From Octopus sinensis (Eukaryota), in NCBI RefSeq assembly GCF_006345805.1, contig NW_021833031.1, positions 1-64,000 of the forward strand: a stretch of 64,000 bases of DNA, given 5' to 3'. Positions 38,870 to 50,884 of this stretch are shown piece after piece. The notes beneath the pieces are model-generated. The model did no database searches and was not told the DNA's origin. It saw only the letters and a list, made by a program, of their open reading frames with translations. A program made the position numbers and the translations under genes. Within the stretch, counting starts at the first letter, position 1. Each line of letters begins with the position of its first letter.

Positions 38870-39065
38870 AGTTTTAACTTTTTACTAATTTCAGTGATTG
38901 GCCAAGGGCCATGCTGGGGCATCGCCTTGAATTGTTTAGTCAATTTAATCGACCACGGTACTTAGGTTTTAAGCTCTGTACTTATTCTATCGGTTTCGTT
39001 AGCCGAACCGCTACGCCACTGGGTATAAGCAAAGCGGCACTAGTTGCCAAGCGTTAGTCATGGAC
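38870..39065 (-). mobile_element. CORE-type SINE 3' half
   Basis: ttcagtgattgg..ggccatgctggggcatcgcc..gtacttattctatcgg..gccgaaccgcta. Confidence 0.7.
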
Positions 39066-39972
39066 ACACGTGACACGTATACATACATACATGCATACAT
39101 ACATACATACATACATGCATACATACATATATACATACATACAAGCATGCATAAAACATATATACATGCATACATACATAAATGCATACATGTGTACATA
39201 CATAGATACATAGATAGATAGACAGATACATACATACATGCACACCCACATACACACACATACCTGCATTCACTCTCAATCTCATACACCCCACCCAAAA
39301 ATACACACACACACGCACACACAAACATACGCACACAATACAATCTCTCTCTCATACACACCCACATAAACACACACACGCACGCAAAGACACATACGAT
39401 CTCACTCTCATACACACACACACGTAACTCCCTCTCTCTCTTCCCCCCACACACCCACATAATCACACACACACGCACACACGCACACACACACATACAC
39501 TTTTACTCTCTCATACACACATCCACATAAGCACACACATACGATCTCATTCTCATATACACACGTATACATACACTCCTCTCACACACACGCATCCCCC
39601 CACACAAACACACACATATATATATATAGATATATACATGTATGTGTAGATAGGAGTTCGTGTGTGGTTATGTGCATCAGTTAGGCAAACTCCTAACGGC
39701 CGCCATTACAACGGGCAAGGTCAGCCATTACAAAATGAAACAAGTTAATCAACTCACAGTCACAAACATTCTCCGACGGCAGATAATAAATAAATAAATA
39801 AATAAACCAAAACAGTCAACGTATTGCTCCAGCATGGCAGTAATCCGGTCTCTAAGACTAGAAAAATAAAAGCAGAGTAAAGAACACACACACACACACG
39901 TCCATTTATGATAGTGTGTCCATACATACATGCGTACACACATGTGCGTGTGTATGCGTATGTATATGTGTG

Positions 39973-40014
<42 letters not shown>

Positions 40015-40083
40015 GATATATACATATAGACGTGTATATATGTATATATATATATATGTATATGTAAGTATATACATACAGAC

Positions 40084-40143
<60 letters not shown>

Positions 40144-40183
40144 ATATTATATATACACACACGTGTATATATATATATACACA

Positions 40184-40256
<73 letters not shown>

Positions 40257-40567
40257 GCGCACATATTTACACTGAGATATCTGGTTAAAGTGTGTGTGTG
40301 TGATTGTACGGTTGTGATCACTTAATTTATTTTGTAGTAATTTTAATGCAAAATTGTGTTAAAGCTAATATATTTGCACTTGTGGAGGTCAGTTTCGTCA
40401 ATAAACCCACGCACTGGTTGAAGTTTATTTCCGTTTGAACTACAGCGAGTCCGCTTCTTGCTTGGCAATTAAATGCAATTATAATAATAGACACATACGC
40501 ACACACATGTGTACATTTACACACACGGACGCACACACACACATACGCACACGCACACACATACACT

Positions 40568-40598
<31 letters not shown>

Positions 40599-40709
40599 TA
40601 GAGACTGCAAATAAGAATGGAGAATTATACATCCACAAAAGCTTGTTTATTTTTATTATAGTTTTGTATCCAAACATTCACTAAATAATCTTTGTCCGAC
40701 TTTATATAT

Positions 40710-40761
<52 letters not shown>

Positions 40762-40764
40762 ATA

Positions 40765-40811
<47 letters not shown>

Positions 40812-40812
<1 letters not shown>

Positions 40813-41420
40813 TTCGTGGGGCTCCGTCGGTTACGACGACGAGTGTTCCATTTGATCCGATCAACGGAACAGTCTGCTCGTGAAATTAACGTCCACAGAC
40901 ACGTGTACCGTTAACGTAGTTGTCGGGGAGATCCAGTGTGACGCGGATTGTGACAAGGTTGGCCCTTTTGAAATACAGGTACAACAGAATCAGGAAAAAA
41001 GTCTGAGAGACAGTTGTGGTGAAAAAGTACATCAGGGTTCGCCACCACCTCCTGCCGGAGCAACGTGGAGTTTTAGGTGTTTTCGCTCAAAATAAACTCG
41101 AAACGAATCTGACAATCGAAACCGCGATCCTACGACCGCGACTTCGCTGCCCTAAACACTGTTATAAGCGGCCAGAAAGCATTAAAGCCAATAAAAGAGG
41201 AAATCCATAAATTTTATAATTAATTAATAATTATAATTGAGGCTAGACGAGGCACCAGTTTTGTGAAAATAAGAGTCGAAAAATACTCGTGAAATTAACG
41301 TGCAAGTGGCTGATCACTCCACAGACACCTGTACCTTTAACTTAGTTCTCGGGGAGATTCAGCTTGACACAGAGTATGACAAGGCTGGCCCTTTGAAATA
41401 CAGGTAGAACAGAACTCACT
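40812..41420 (-). mobile_element. Two OK-like SINE 3' fragments (40812-41000, 41285-41420)
   Basis: ctccgtcggttacgacgacgag..ctgctcgtgaaattaacgt..gacaagg(t/c)tggccc.tttgaaatacaggta present twice. Confidence 0.7.
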
Positions 41421-41693
41421 GAAAGCATAACAGGCAGGTACAAGTCGAGAGACACGCAAAGAAATTAACTTGCCATCGCGGCTGATAGTCGCAAATGATG
41501 CAGGAGATATCGCTGTATCATATGACGTCGAACTTTTAGCTTTTTGCTCTTATTTCTCATCAGCAGACCTTACTGCTTACCTAGGGTTAAAATCTTTACT
41601 AGCTCCACCATGCCTGTTAATCGTTGGAAGATGAGTGATAAATTTCAAGCCTTATTAGTGTACCCCCAATTATAATTATTGATCAATTATAAA

Positions 41694-41739
<46 letters not shown>

Positions 41740-41893
41740 ACTTACTTAGGAAAGGATGCGTGGCGTTCGATCATATAATAATATAAATAATATATAAATA
41801 TATGCATATATACATACATGAATATGTATATATACATATACATGTAGGTATGTACATATAAGTATGTATATATGCATATATATACATACAACA

Positions 41894-41926
<33 letters not shown>

Positions 41927-42189
41927 TATGTATACATATATATATATACATATATTTCATTTTCGGATTTGGTTTGCAAGATACTTTATGTGAGTTCGTG
42001 TGTTGAAGCATATTCTGTTGTGTCTGGGGAGAGTCATTCTCTTTTGGTGCCTTATAATTTAACATACTCACCGGTAAAATTTCCACTTATTTCTTTTTTT
42101 CTAAAATTTTCGTTGCCACTTGCAACCTTTTCTTCATTAATTTTGACTCATATATATACGCTTACCTTACATGTATGTGTATCTGTGCG

Positions 42190-42236
<47 letters not shown>

Positions 42237-42825
42237 TTATGCCATGCAACAGCGTAAGTAACAATATAAAAATGCCTCTGAAGAGGCAGCACGGCAACTG
42301 AACGAAACCGCATCGCGGATTCCATTCACCTGTGAACAACAACCTCCGACAAACACACACAACATGGCCGAACCTTAGCACGCATAACTCTATTACTATG
42401 GTATCTCTGCGAGTGTGAACTGACCGTATTTCTTGACACAAGAGACCCCGGTAACCTTTGGCTATGGAAGATATCAAATTACCAAAGTTCATTAAATTAT
42501 TCCCGCTGGTTTCATATCAGAACTTCGGGTTTCTAATTTCAAATATGTCGTAGATATTAAAAGCGGATGTGTTGTGGAAACGTTGATATGTAACCCAGAA
42601 AGTATTCGCTTTCTGCACTTTGCACTTTGGAGTCTCCGTTTTCGCTATTCTTTCTTCCGTGTTTTCTTCTAAATGACACACCGTAGAGGGGGAGGAGGAG
42701 GAGGGGAGGGCGGGAATATGCACAAACAATAATTCTATATTCTAATGAATTCATTAATTTCTATTCTTTATCAAATTGGTCATCCTTATGTATATAAGTC
42801 ATATAGTGTGTGTGCTCGCGACTAA

Positions 42826-42867
<42 letters not shown>

Positions 42868-42952
42868 TATATATACATACGTATATATACTATATTTACA
42901 TATATATACACATGTAAATGTATACACACACACGCATACATACATACATACA

Positions 42953-42988
<36 letters not shown>

Positions 42989-43036
42989 TATTATCTATAT
43001 ATATATATTATTAATATATATATATATATATATATA

Positions 43037-43451
43037 GGCGCAGGAGTGGCTATAGGCGTAGGAGTGGCTGTTTGGTAAGTAGCTTGTTTACCAACTACAT
43101 GGTTTCGGGTTCAGTCCCACTGCGTGGCACCTTGGGCAAGTATCTTCTACTATAGCCTCGGGCCGACCAAAGCCTTGTGAGTGGATTTGGTAGACGGAAA
43201 CTGAAAGAAGCCAGTCGTATATATGTATGTATATGTATGCGTTTGTGTGTCTCTGTCCATCTAGCATTGCTTGACAACTGATGCTGGTGTGTTTATGTCC
43301 CCATTACTTAGCGGTTCGGCAAAAGAGATCGATAGAATAAGTACTGGGCTTACAAAAGAATAAGTCCCGGGGTCGAGTTGCTCGATTAAAGGCGGTTCTC
43401 CAGCATGGCCGCAGTCAGATGACTGAAACAAGTAAAAGAGAGTAAAAGAGA

Positions 43452-43452
<1 letters not shown>
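43037..43452 (+). mobile_element. CORE-type SINE, full length
   Basis: ggcgcaggagtggct (duplicated head start), gggttcagtccc B box, ggcaccttgggcaag CORE-like block, internal (TA)n, tail gaaacaagtaaaagagagtaaaagag. Confidence 0.88.
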
Positions 43453-43522
<70 letters not shown>

Positions 43523-43764
43523 CATACATACATATATATATGCCCACACACATATATACATTCATGCATACACACATAAATATATGCATACATACACAAA
43601 TATTTATATGCGAGTACATGTGAAGATCGTACATAGACATAAACCAATGATAAACGCATGCGCAAAACAAGGACATACACACAGGCACGCATACTCATAT
43701 AGATGTATGCACACGTGTACGTATACTCAAATGCGATTACTCAAATACATGCACACTTACACTC

Positions 43765-44045
43765 CCGGCGGAATTTGAACTCAGAACGTAAAGATAGACG
43801 AAATACTTATTCCTTTACTACCCACAAGGGGCTAAACACAGAGAGGACAAACAAGGACAGACAAACGGATTAAGTCGATTATATCGACCAGAGTGCGTAA
43901 CTGGTACTTATTTAATCGACCCCGAAAGGAGGAAAGGCAAAGTTGACCTCGGCGGAATTTGAACTCAGAACGTAAAGAATCAGAAAAAATTCTGCTAAGC
44001 ATTTTGACCGACACTTTAACGATTCTGCCAGCTTACCACCTTTCG
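43765..44045 (-). mobile_element. Meta-domain SINE, two modules
   Basis: gcggaatttgaactcagaacgtaaaga occurs twice with the cccacaaggggctaaacac linker. Confidence 0.8.
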
Positions 44046-44067
44046 TCGCCTTAACAACAACAACAAC

Positions 44068-44108
<41 letters not shown>

Positions 44109-44351
44109 GGTTATCAGAATCCTTTGTGCTATAAGTACAAGGCCTGAAATTTTGAAGGAAGGACTTAGTGGATTACATCGATCTCATTGCTCAACTTTTA
44201 CTAAATTCTTTCATTAGCCACAGGGGGATAAATGAGGTGGATATCACAAGGACAGACGACAATTTGTGTGGGTATTTAGATAAAGGAAGGGTAGAATGAA
44301 ATTATTATTATTATTATTTTTAACGTCACACTCATAAAAACCATCTCTAGT

Positions 44352-44388
<37 letters not shown>

Positions 44389-44389
44389 A

Positions 44390-44433
<44 letters not shown>

Positions 44434-45395
44434 ACATCATTATTCTTTTTGTTGTTGTTCTTAATGTTACAATATTCCAAATGTACTCCATCGCTACTCT
44501 TCATCTCCAATTCTCCAGCTAACGGTATTTTTTTCATTTCTTTTCTTTGTCGCAAATTTTATATGCTAGAATCAATAATGTTAATAATTGATAAATTTAT
44601 AGAAATATCGATCTTGTCTTATGTTTCATTATTTAGTTTCGTCTTTCAATGTTCCATTTGCGACATAATTTATACCATATCTCTTCAAGCGAAGAACTCT
44701 CAAAGAACAAATAATATATACATATACATATATATATATAATATATATATATATAAATATGGAGCCAAAGCAAGTTTCAATTTCAGGTTTTCTTCAGCAT
44801 TTCTTCTCCCTTCTTTTACTGGTCACAGTCACAGGTTTGGGACCACGCTGGAGCAACGTCACCTAATGGTTTAGTTTATTTTATCACGTCTACTAGTTTA
44901 GGTCTGGTGCTTATTTCAGTGGGCCAGGAGGAGGGTGTAAGGTAAATATTTGGAAGGGACTTATGATACATAACGTGAAAGGATCGAAATACCAAAAGAT
45001 AGTTTTCTTCGCCAACTAACAGACTCACACACACCACATGCAAGCAAGTGTTTACACACAGACACACACATACACACACTCACACACATGCCATATTCAT
45101 GTGGATAAACATATGTGTATACATATATATACATATATTTCGTTGTGAGTGCATGTATGTATGTATGTGTGTATGTATGTATGTATGTATGCATATGCTA
45201 AAATCAAACTGTGGGAAAGAGTGCTCAACACCGTATTGAATGGTAAATATTGTATAGGCTAACCGTTAGTTTCATGCACAAAACCTTCTCGGCACGAAAC
45301 GAATAGCAACCATGTTAACCGACAAATAACGAGTGTGTGTGTGGTGTGTTTGTATGTATGTATGTATGTATGTATGTTGTATGTATGTATGTATG

Positions 45396-45440
<45 letters not shown>

Positions 45441-45451
45441 CAATATTTTTA

Positions 45452-45852
45452 GGCGAAGGAGTGGCTGTGTGGTTAGTAGCTTGCTTACGAACCACATGGT
45501 TCCGGGTTCAGTCCCACTGCGTGGCACCTTCGGCAAGTGTCTTCTACTATACCCTCGGGCCGACCTAAACCTTGTGAATAGATTTGGTAGACGGAAAATG
45601 AAAGAAGCCCGTCGTATATATGTATATATATATATGTGCATGTGTGTGTATATGTTTGTCCCCCCAACATCGCTTGACAACCGATGGTGGTGTGTTTATG
45701 TCCCCGTAACTTAGCGGTTCGGTAAAAGAGTCCATTAGAATAAGTACTAGACTTACAAAGAATAAGTCCTGGACTCGATTTGCTCGACTAAATGTGGTGC
45801 TCCAGTATGGCCGTAGTCAAAATGTCTGAAACAAGTAAAAGAGTAAAAGAGT
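45452..45852 (+). mobile_element. CORE-type SINE, full length
   Basis: ggcgaaggagtggctgtgtggttagtagc..ccgggttcagtcccactgcgtggcacc..gaaacaagtaaaagagtaaaagag. Confidence 0.88.
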
Positions 45853-47189
45853 ATACATATATAGATAAATAAGTATCTATATATAATTATATCTATATAT
45901 ACTTATATATATATATAAGTATCTATATATACTTCTATATATAGAAGTTATTGTTGGTAGAAGTTATCTAGAACTAAACTATCCAGTGTTCTTTTAAGAC
46001 ACCAAAAGTGTGAAAAATGTTACTTAAGGTGCTTTGACCGCCATTGAACCACAACATCCTGGGTGTCCTTTATCTTTTCAGAGAGTAGAAGTATCAGTTT
46101 TTTGACTTCTATTTCTAGTATATTGACAGTCCAAGTAAAAGTTTCTCTGCCCATCCTAGTTTGGTAGTGCTTGCTGTTGGTAGCTGTGGTTGATTTTTAG
46201 AGTATCTTAAGATCTAATGTCCTACTTGTACCTTATCTTTTCAGGGAGAAGAAGTATCACTTTAACTAGTTTTGATTGCTATTATTAGCATCTACAAAGG
46301 CCAGGTAGGAGCTTCGCAGCTCACTCTATGTTGGCAATAGTTGATGTTGGTAAGGGTGGTTGTTTGTTTTTGTACCTGGAACTCCGATATCCAACGCATC
46401 TCTTCGGTTTGATAAAGCTGCCAAGCCTTACTTTACAGGCATCTTTGTAGAACTTTTCACGTTGGCTCGTTAACAGACAGATCTACTTTCATTATACAAT
46501 TATCTTATTGTTCCAAACAAGTTACTCGCTGTTCAAACAATGAACAAATACGATTCTAATCACAACTTTTGATTACAAATCTCGAGATAAATTAAAATCC
46601 TTCGAATAAATGCTGAGAATCTTGAAATCTTTAATATATTTTGTTTGAAAGTAACAAAGAAATTAAATCTCAAAATCTAATCAAATATCTGCAAAAACAA
46701 AACGGTAAAATAGTGGAATATTTCTTCATATAACCCGAAGCGGTTTCCTTCAATTAAAAGTTGAAGAAGGTAATTGTGAGATAGGCACAGACTGATTAGA
46801 GAGGCGATAGGATTTCGAAAACAAAAAAAAATATAAAACCAAAAAAATATAAAACATATGAAAGTTCTCAGGTGTGCATGCGTGTGTATGTGTCTATGTG
46901 TGTGTGTGTGTATGTGTCTGTATGTACATACAAGCACACATGGGTGCACACATGCATAAATATATGTGAGTGTATACATACATGCACACAAGAAAATACA
47001 CATACACACATACTTACATTTATAGGTACATCTATGTAGACATATACATGTATATATACCATTACATGACATTTACACTATGCATATACACACACTTGCA
47101 CACAAGTAAAATTATATATACTTTTATATGTATATAGATACATTTATATGTGTATATATACTTATATATATATATTATATATATATATA

Positions 47190-47263
<74 letters not shown>

Positions 47264-47544
47264 GTGTATATGAATATACATATATGTATATATCTGTATC
47301 TATTTACATGTGTGCATGTACGTTTTAGCACACCTGATGACAACGAAATATACGTACACTTGATGACAAAAATATATGCTCTCTCTCATCCTTTTTAACC
47401 CAAATAAATTAATGGACATAAATACACACGCACACATATACATATGCATATCTGTACAAACACATCAATGCATACATGCGAACACATACGCGTACACGCA
47501 CACATGTATACACTGGCGGTTTGTTCAAGTTTGCGTCTAACAAA

Positions 47545-47678
47545 TAAAGCGACAAGGCTCTGGTTGGCTCCTGGTCTCCAGTAGGAGACACTTGGCCAAG
47601 CTGTTATGCAATAGCACCTATCCCGAAACCACATGGATTCGGAAGCAAACTTCCTACCACACCACCCCGCCTCTGCCT
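47545..47678 (-). mobile_element. CORE-type SINE 5' fragment
   Basis: gacacttggccaag..aaccacatgga..gaagcaaacttcctaccacaccacc. Confidence 0.55.
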
Positions 47679-47679
47679 A

Positions 47680-47748
<69 letters not shown>

Positions 47749-47749
<1 letters not shown>

Positions 47750-49015
47750 ACGGCGACCACACCTGTTCACCGTCGTCTACGTAGAGCCTGAGATGTCGCT
47801 GAGACTGCGACATCTCAGGCTCTACGTAGAGGACGGTGAACAGGTGTGAACAGGTGTGGTCGCCGTTTGTGAGGCACGCTTTCCTGCAACTCGTCTCCAT
47901 GACCGAACTGCAGTCGTGGATCAAAAAAGAGGCCGAGAAAGGGCGAATGGCACCGCGAGTGTCGCGCTGCTCTCAAGCACCCATGCCGTCCCGGGTCGAA
48001 CTTGAGCGACCTCAACACAACCAAAGCACTCTATAGGGGATTAGTGGAGGGGAGGTACGACGACGAGCTCGGGGCGAACCTGGACGTCGACGAGGAATAC
48101 CTGACCCGCCTGTTCAGGACGACTTTCGGGCCAGGGCCCATGGACAACCTCCAGAGATCCCTGGCCTGGCAGTGCTACCGAGAAGCGCTACCCGTTTGCG
48201 ATAAGCTCTACAGACATGGCTCGAGAAACACGGGGCCGACCTGCCCGAAATGCGGTCAGAGCGACGAAACCGTTCTGCACGCACTTGTGCAGTGTCCAAC
48301 CATTTCCGACCTGTGGGCTTATGTCGAACGACTGCTGTCCCGTGTGGAACGAGTCGGTTTATCAGCCGAGTCTATCGTCAATATTGTCACGCCTCCTCCC
48401 TTCAAACGGGAAGGAAGAGCTATTTTCATCATCCTTGTGGCTATGGCGAAAGAATGTATCTGGTGGACGCGTCTGAAAGGATTAGAGACAAACACTTTCC
48501 TCTCTGGTCAATCTCTCATCAACTTCTTCAAGTATCACTTGAAAAGGAAAGTGAGAGTAGAGAGGCAAGTTTTGTCTAGCGAATGTTTTAAAAAAAGATG
48601 GGTGAATGTAGCAAGGATGGCACGTGTGAATGACGAAGCCACCTTGAGCATAATCTTATGAACCCGGAAATTTAAAACAGAGGGTTACCTACTTGCAAAC
48701 AAATGTGGTAACATGTAACAATATTGACCGAGGTTATCGTGGTCTTTTCCGTAGGCTTTTCTTCCCACGGATAAACCTTATCTGCTTCCACCTTTACATC
48801 GTACATCATGACATTGTGATACACGATACCTATTGATCTTTTTTTTCTTCTTTTGTTTCTTTTCCTTTGTTTTTCTTTCTTCTTTCCCTTTTACGATCCC
48901 TTTTGATCGAAAACCTACCTCACCTTTTTATTTTTTTTCTCCCCCAAAAAGAAAAGCTCTACTTTGTAATCTGTCCCGTCTGTGTGCAGCCCTGTGTGGC
49001 TAATAAAGAATCATT
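47749..49015 (+). mobile_element. L1/Tx1-clade non-LTR retrotransposon, 5'-truncated, flanked by (TCTA)n
   Basis: GC-rich; ORF2 C-terminus with CCHC motif CPKCGQSDETVLHALVQC and W..YREALPV..KLYR; 3' UTR with AATAAA at 49002; (TCTA)n on both sides. Confidence 0.9.
47807..48661 (+). pseudogene. ORF2 C-terminal coding remnant (RT-associated zinc-binding domain)
   Basis: Open 48002-48661; upstream frame LRHLRLYVEDGEQVWSPFVRHAF..WIKK broken by a 10-nt duplication and a frameshift near the A-run at ~47925. Confidence 0.85.
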
Positions 49016-49047
49016 TCTATCTCTCTATCTCTCTATCTCTCTATCTC

Positions 49048-49081
<34 letters not shown>

Positions 49082-49311
49082 GATGAGTATACGAGATGTT
49101 TCTTTATAATATATATCGTGCATATATGTATATATCTATATATCCTTCGAACAATTGACGACTTTAATAGTTAGTAAGGTAAAATATATTCAAATACTAA
49201 ACATATTTATTACTCCGTACATAACATAGACAGAACTCAAATTCTACGATATATCTGCTGTTTATAATTATGGTTAGCAGCACAAAATACATTTTAATAT
49301 TTACATATCTA

Positions 49312-49508
49312 AGGCGGTGAGCTGGCAAAAACGTTAGCACGAATTTCGTCTGTTTTTACGTTCTGAGTTCAAATTCCGCCGAGGTCGACTTTACCTTTTT
49401 TTTTCCTTTCGAGGTGGATAAATTAAGTGTCGGTTGTGTACTGGGGTCGATCTAATCAACTGGCAGACTCATCAAAAATTTCGGGGCTTGTGCCTAGAGC
49501 AGAAAATA
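49312..49508 (+). mobile_element. Meta-domain SINE, monomer
   Basis: aaggcggtgagctggcaaaaacgttagc..gttctgagttcaaattccgccgaggtcgac..cttgtgcctagagcagaaaa. Confidence 0.85.
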
Positions 49509-49623
49509 TATTTACATATCCGCCTGTCCGGCTCCCTGCCTGCCTGTCCGTCTGTCAGCATGTCTATCTGTCTGCCTATTATTCTGTGTGCAATATATGC
49601 ATTCACATAGATGAATACGTATA

Positions 49624-49849
49624 CGAGGAGTGCTGAAAAGTTCCTGGCTGAAAGGGTTTCGCGAAATGTCTGGTCGGGGGCCCAACATTCCAAGTACTTT
49701 TACAGGGCCTAGAAAAAAACTGAAGGACAAATGCAATAAATTTTTGGGTTTGAGAGGGGGTAATATTGAATAAAATCATAATTAACTGATCCTCCAGTAT
49801 TTTCTATTACCCAAAACCAGGAACTTTTCAGTACCCGGCCCCCACCTCG
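49624..49849 (+). mobile_element. Mariner-derived MITE (internal deletion derivative)
   Basis: TA|cgaggagtgctgaaaagttcctgg ... ccaggaacttttcagtaccc..cctcg TIRs; interior resembles decayed KC....G.Y.E* transposase end. Confidence 0.75.
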
Positions 49850-50170
49850 TCTGTACATTTACACATTTGAATGTACACACACACACACACACGCAAAAAC
49901 ACACACATTTTTATGTATATCGGTGTTTACGTTCATGTGTATATGTCTGTGTGTGTGTGTCTTTGTGCGTGTACGCAAAAGTACATAACCATCCTTCGAG
50001 CTATTTAAGTTTTCAATATTTAGTAATGTAAAACATTTTCAAAATATATAGAAAGAAAATCCAATCTCTCGTACATAACGTCGATGGTACCCAAAATCTA
50101 CAACATATTGCTAGCAGCACAAAATACTCTTTTATATTCACACTATATGTAGACACACTCACACACACAT

Positions 50171-50228
<58 letters not shown>

Positions 50229-50290
50229 ACACCTAATTACTTTTCAGATATTTTAACAAATAGTTTAAATAAACCTTCGCAGAAAGAGAG

Positions 50291-50347
<57 letters not shown>

Positions 50348-50455
50348 TGTGAGAGGAGTGCCAGTGTAACTCGGTCTGAATAAGCAGTGCAAACCAGTTT
50401 TGTATGTACACTCCTGTTTGTGAGTTTTGTCGCCGGGATTAAAATGCTTCACGGC

Positions 50456-50549
<94 letters not shown>

Positions 50550-50550
<1 letters not shown>

Positions 50551-50782
50551 GGAACAAAGGTGTTGGAGCCGCGCGAGAGGCCCGGGTGTCGGGGTCGCAA
50601 CGGGTAACAAAGAAACCATTCGGTCTCTGGTAGATGAACAGTGGTGCCAATTACTCGAGCCAAGTAAAATGTGTGAGGCCTTTCAACAGCATTTTGACTG
50701 ATTGTTCGGGTCGAGTAGCGAGTGTGAACGCAGGGTGGACTTCAGTGCCGTCTTGCACGGCCTGCCACGACTCAGAAACAGA
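50550..50782 (+). mobile_element. Second L1/Tx1 ORF2 fragment (endonuclease-RT linker) abutting (TCTA)n
   Basis: NKETIRSLVDEQWCQLLEPSKMCEAFQQHFD*LFG..VDFSAVLHGLPRL resembles the I.SL.D..G....D...I...F..HF..LF linker; begins right after the 50456-50549 (TCTA)n. Confidence 0.65.
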
Positions 50783-50844
50783 GGAAAGTCCAATAGAAAA
50801 GGAAGACGGAGGTAGAAAATCGCCAGCGATTCACATGTGGTTAC

Positions 50845-50882
<38 letters not shown>

Positions 50883-50884
<2 letters not shown>

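Noticed and set aside
42258-42310. ctgaagag..gaaac hammerhead candidate
   Set aside because: No proper stem II or stem I pairing
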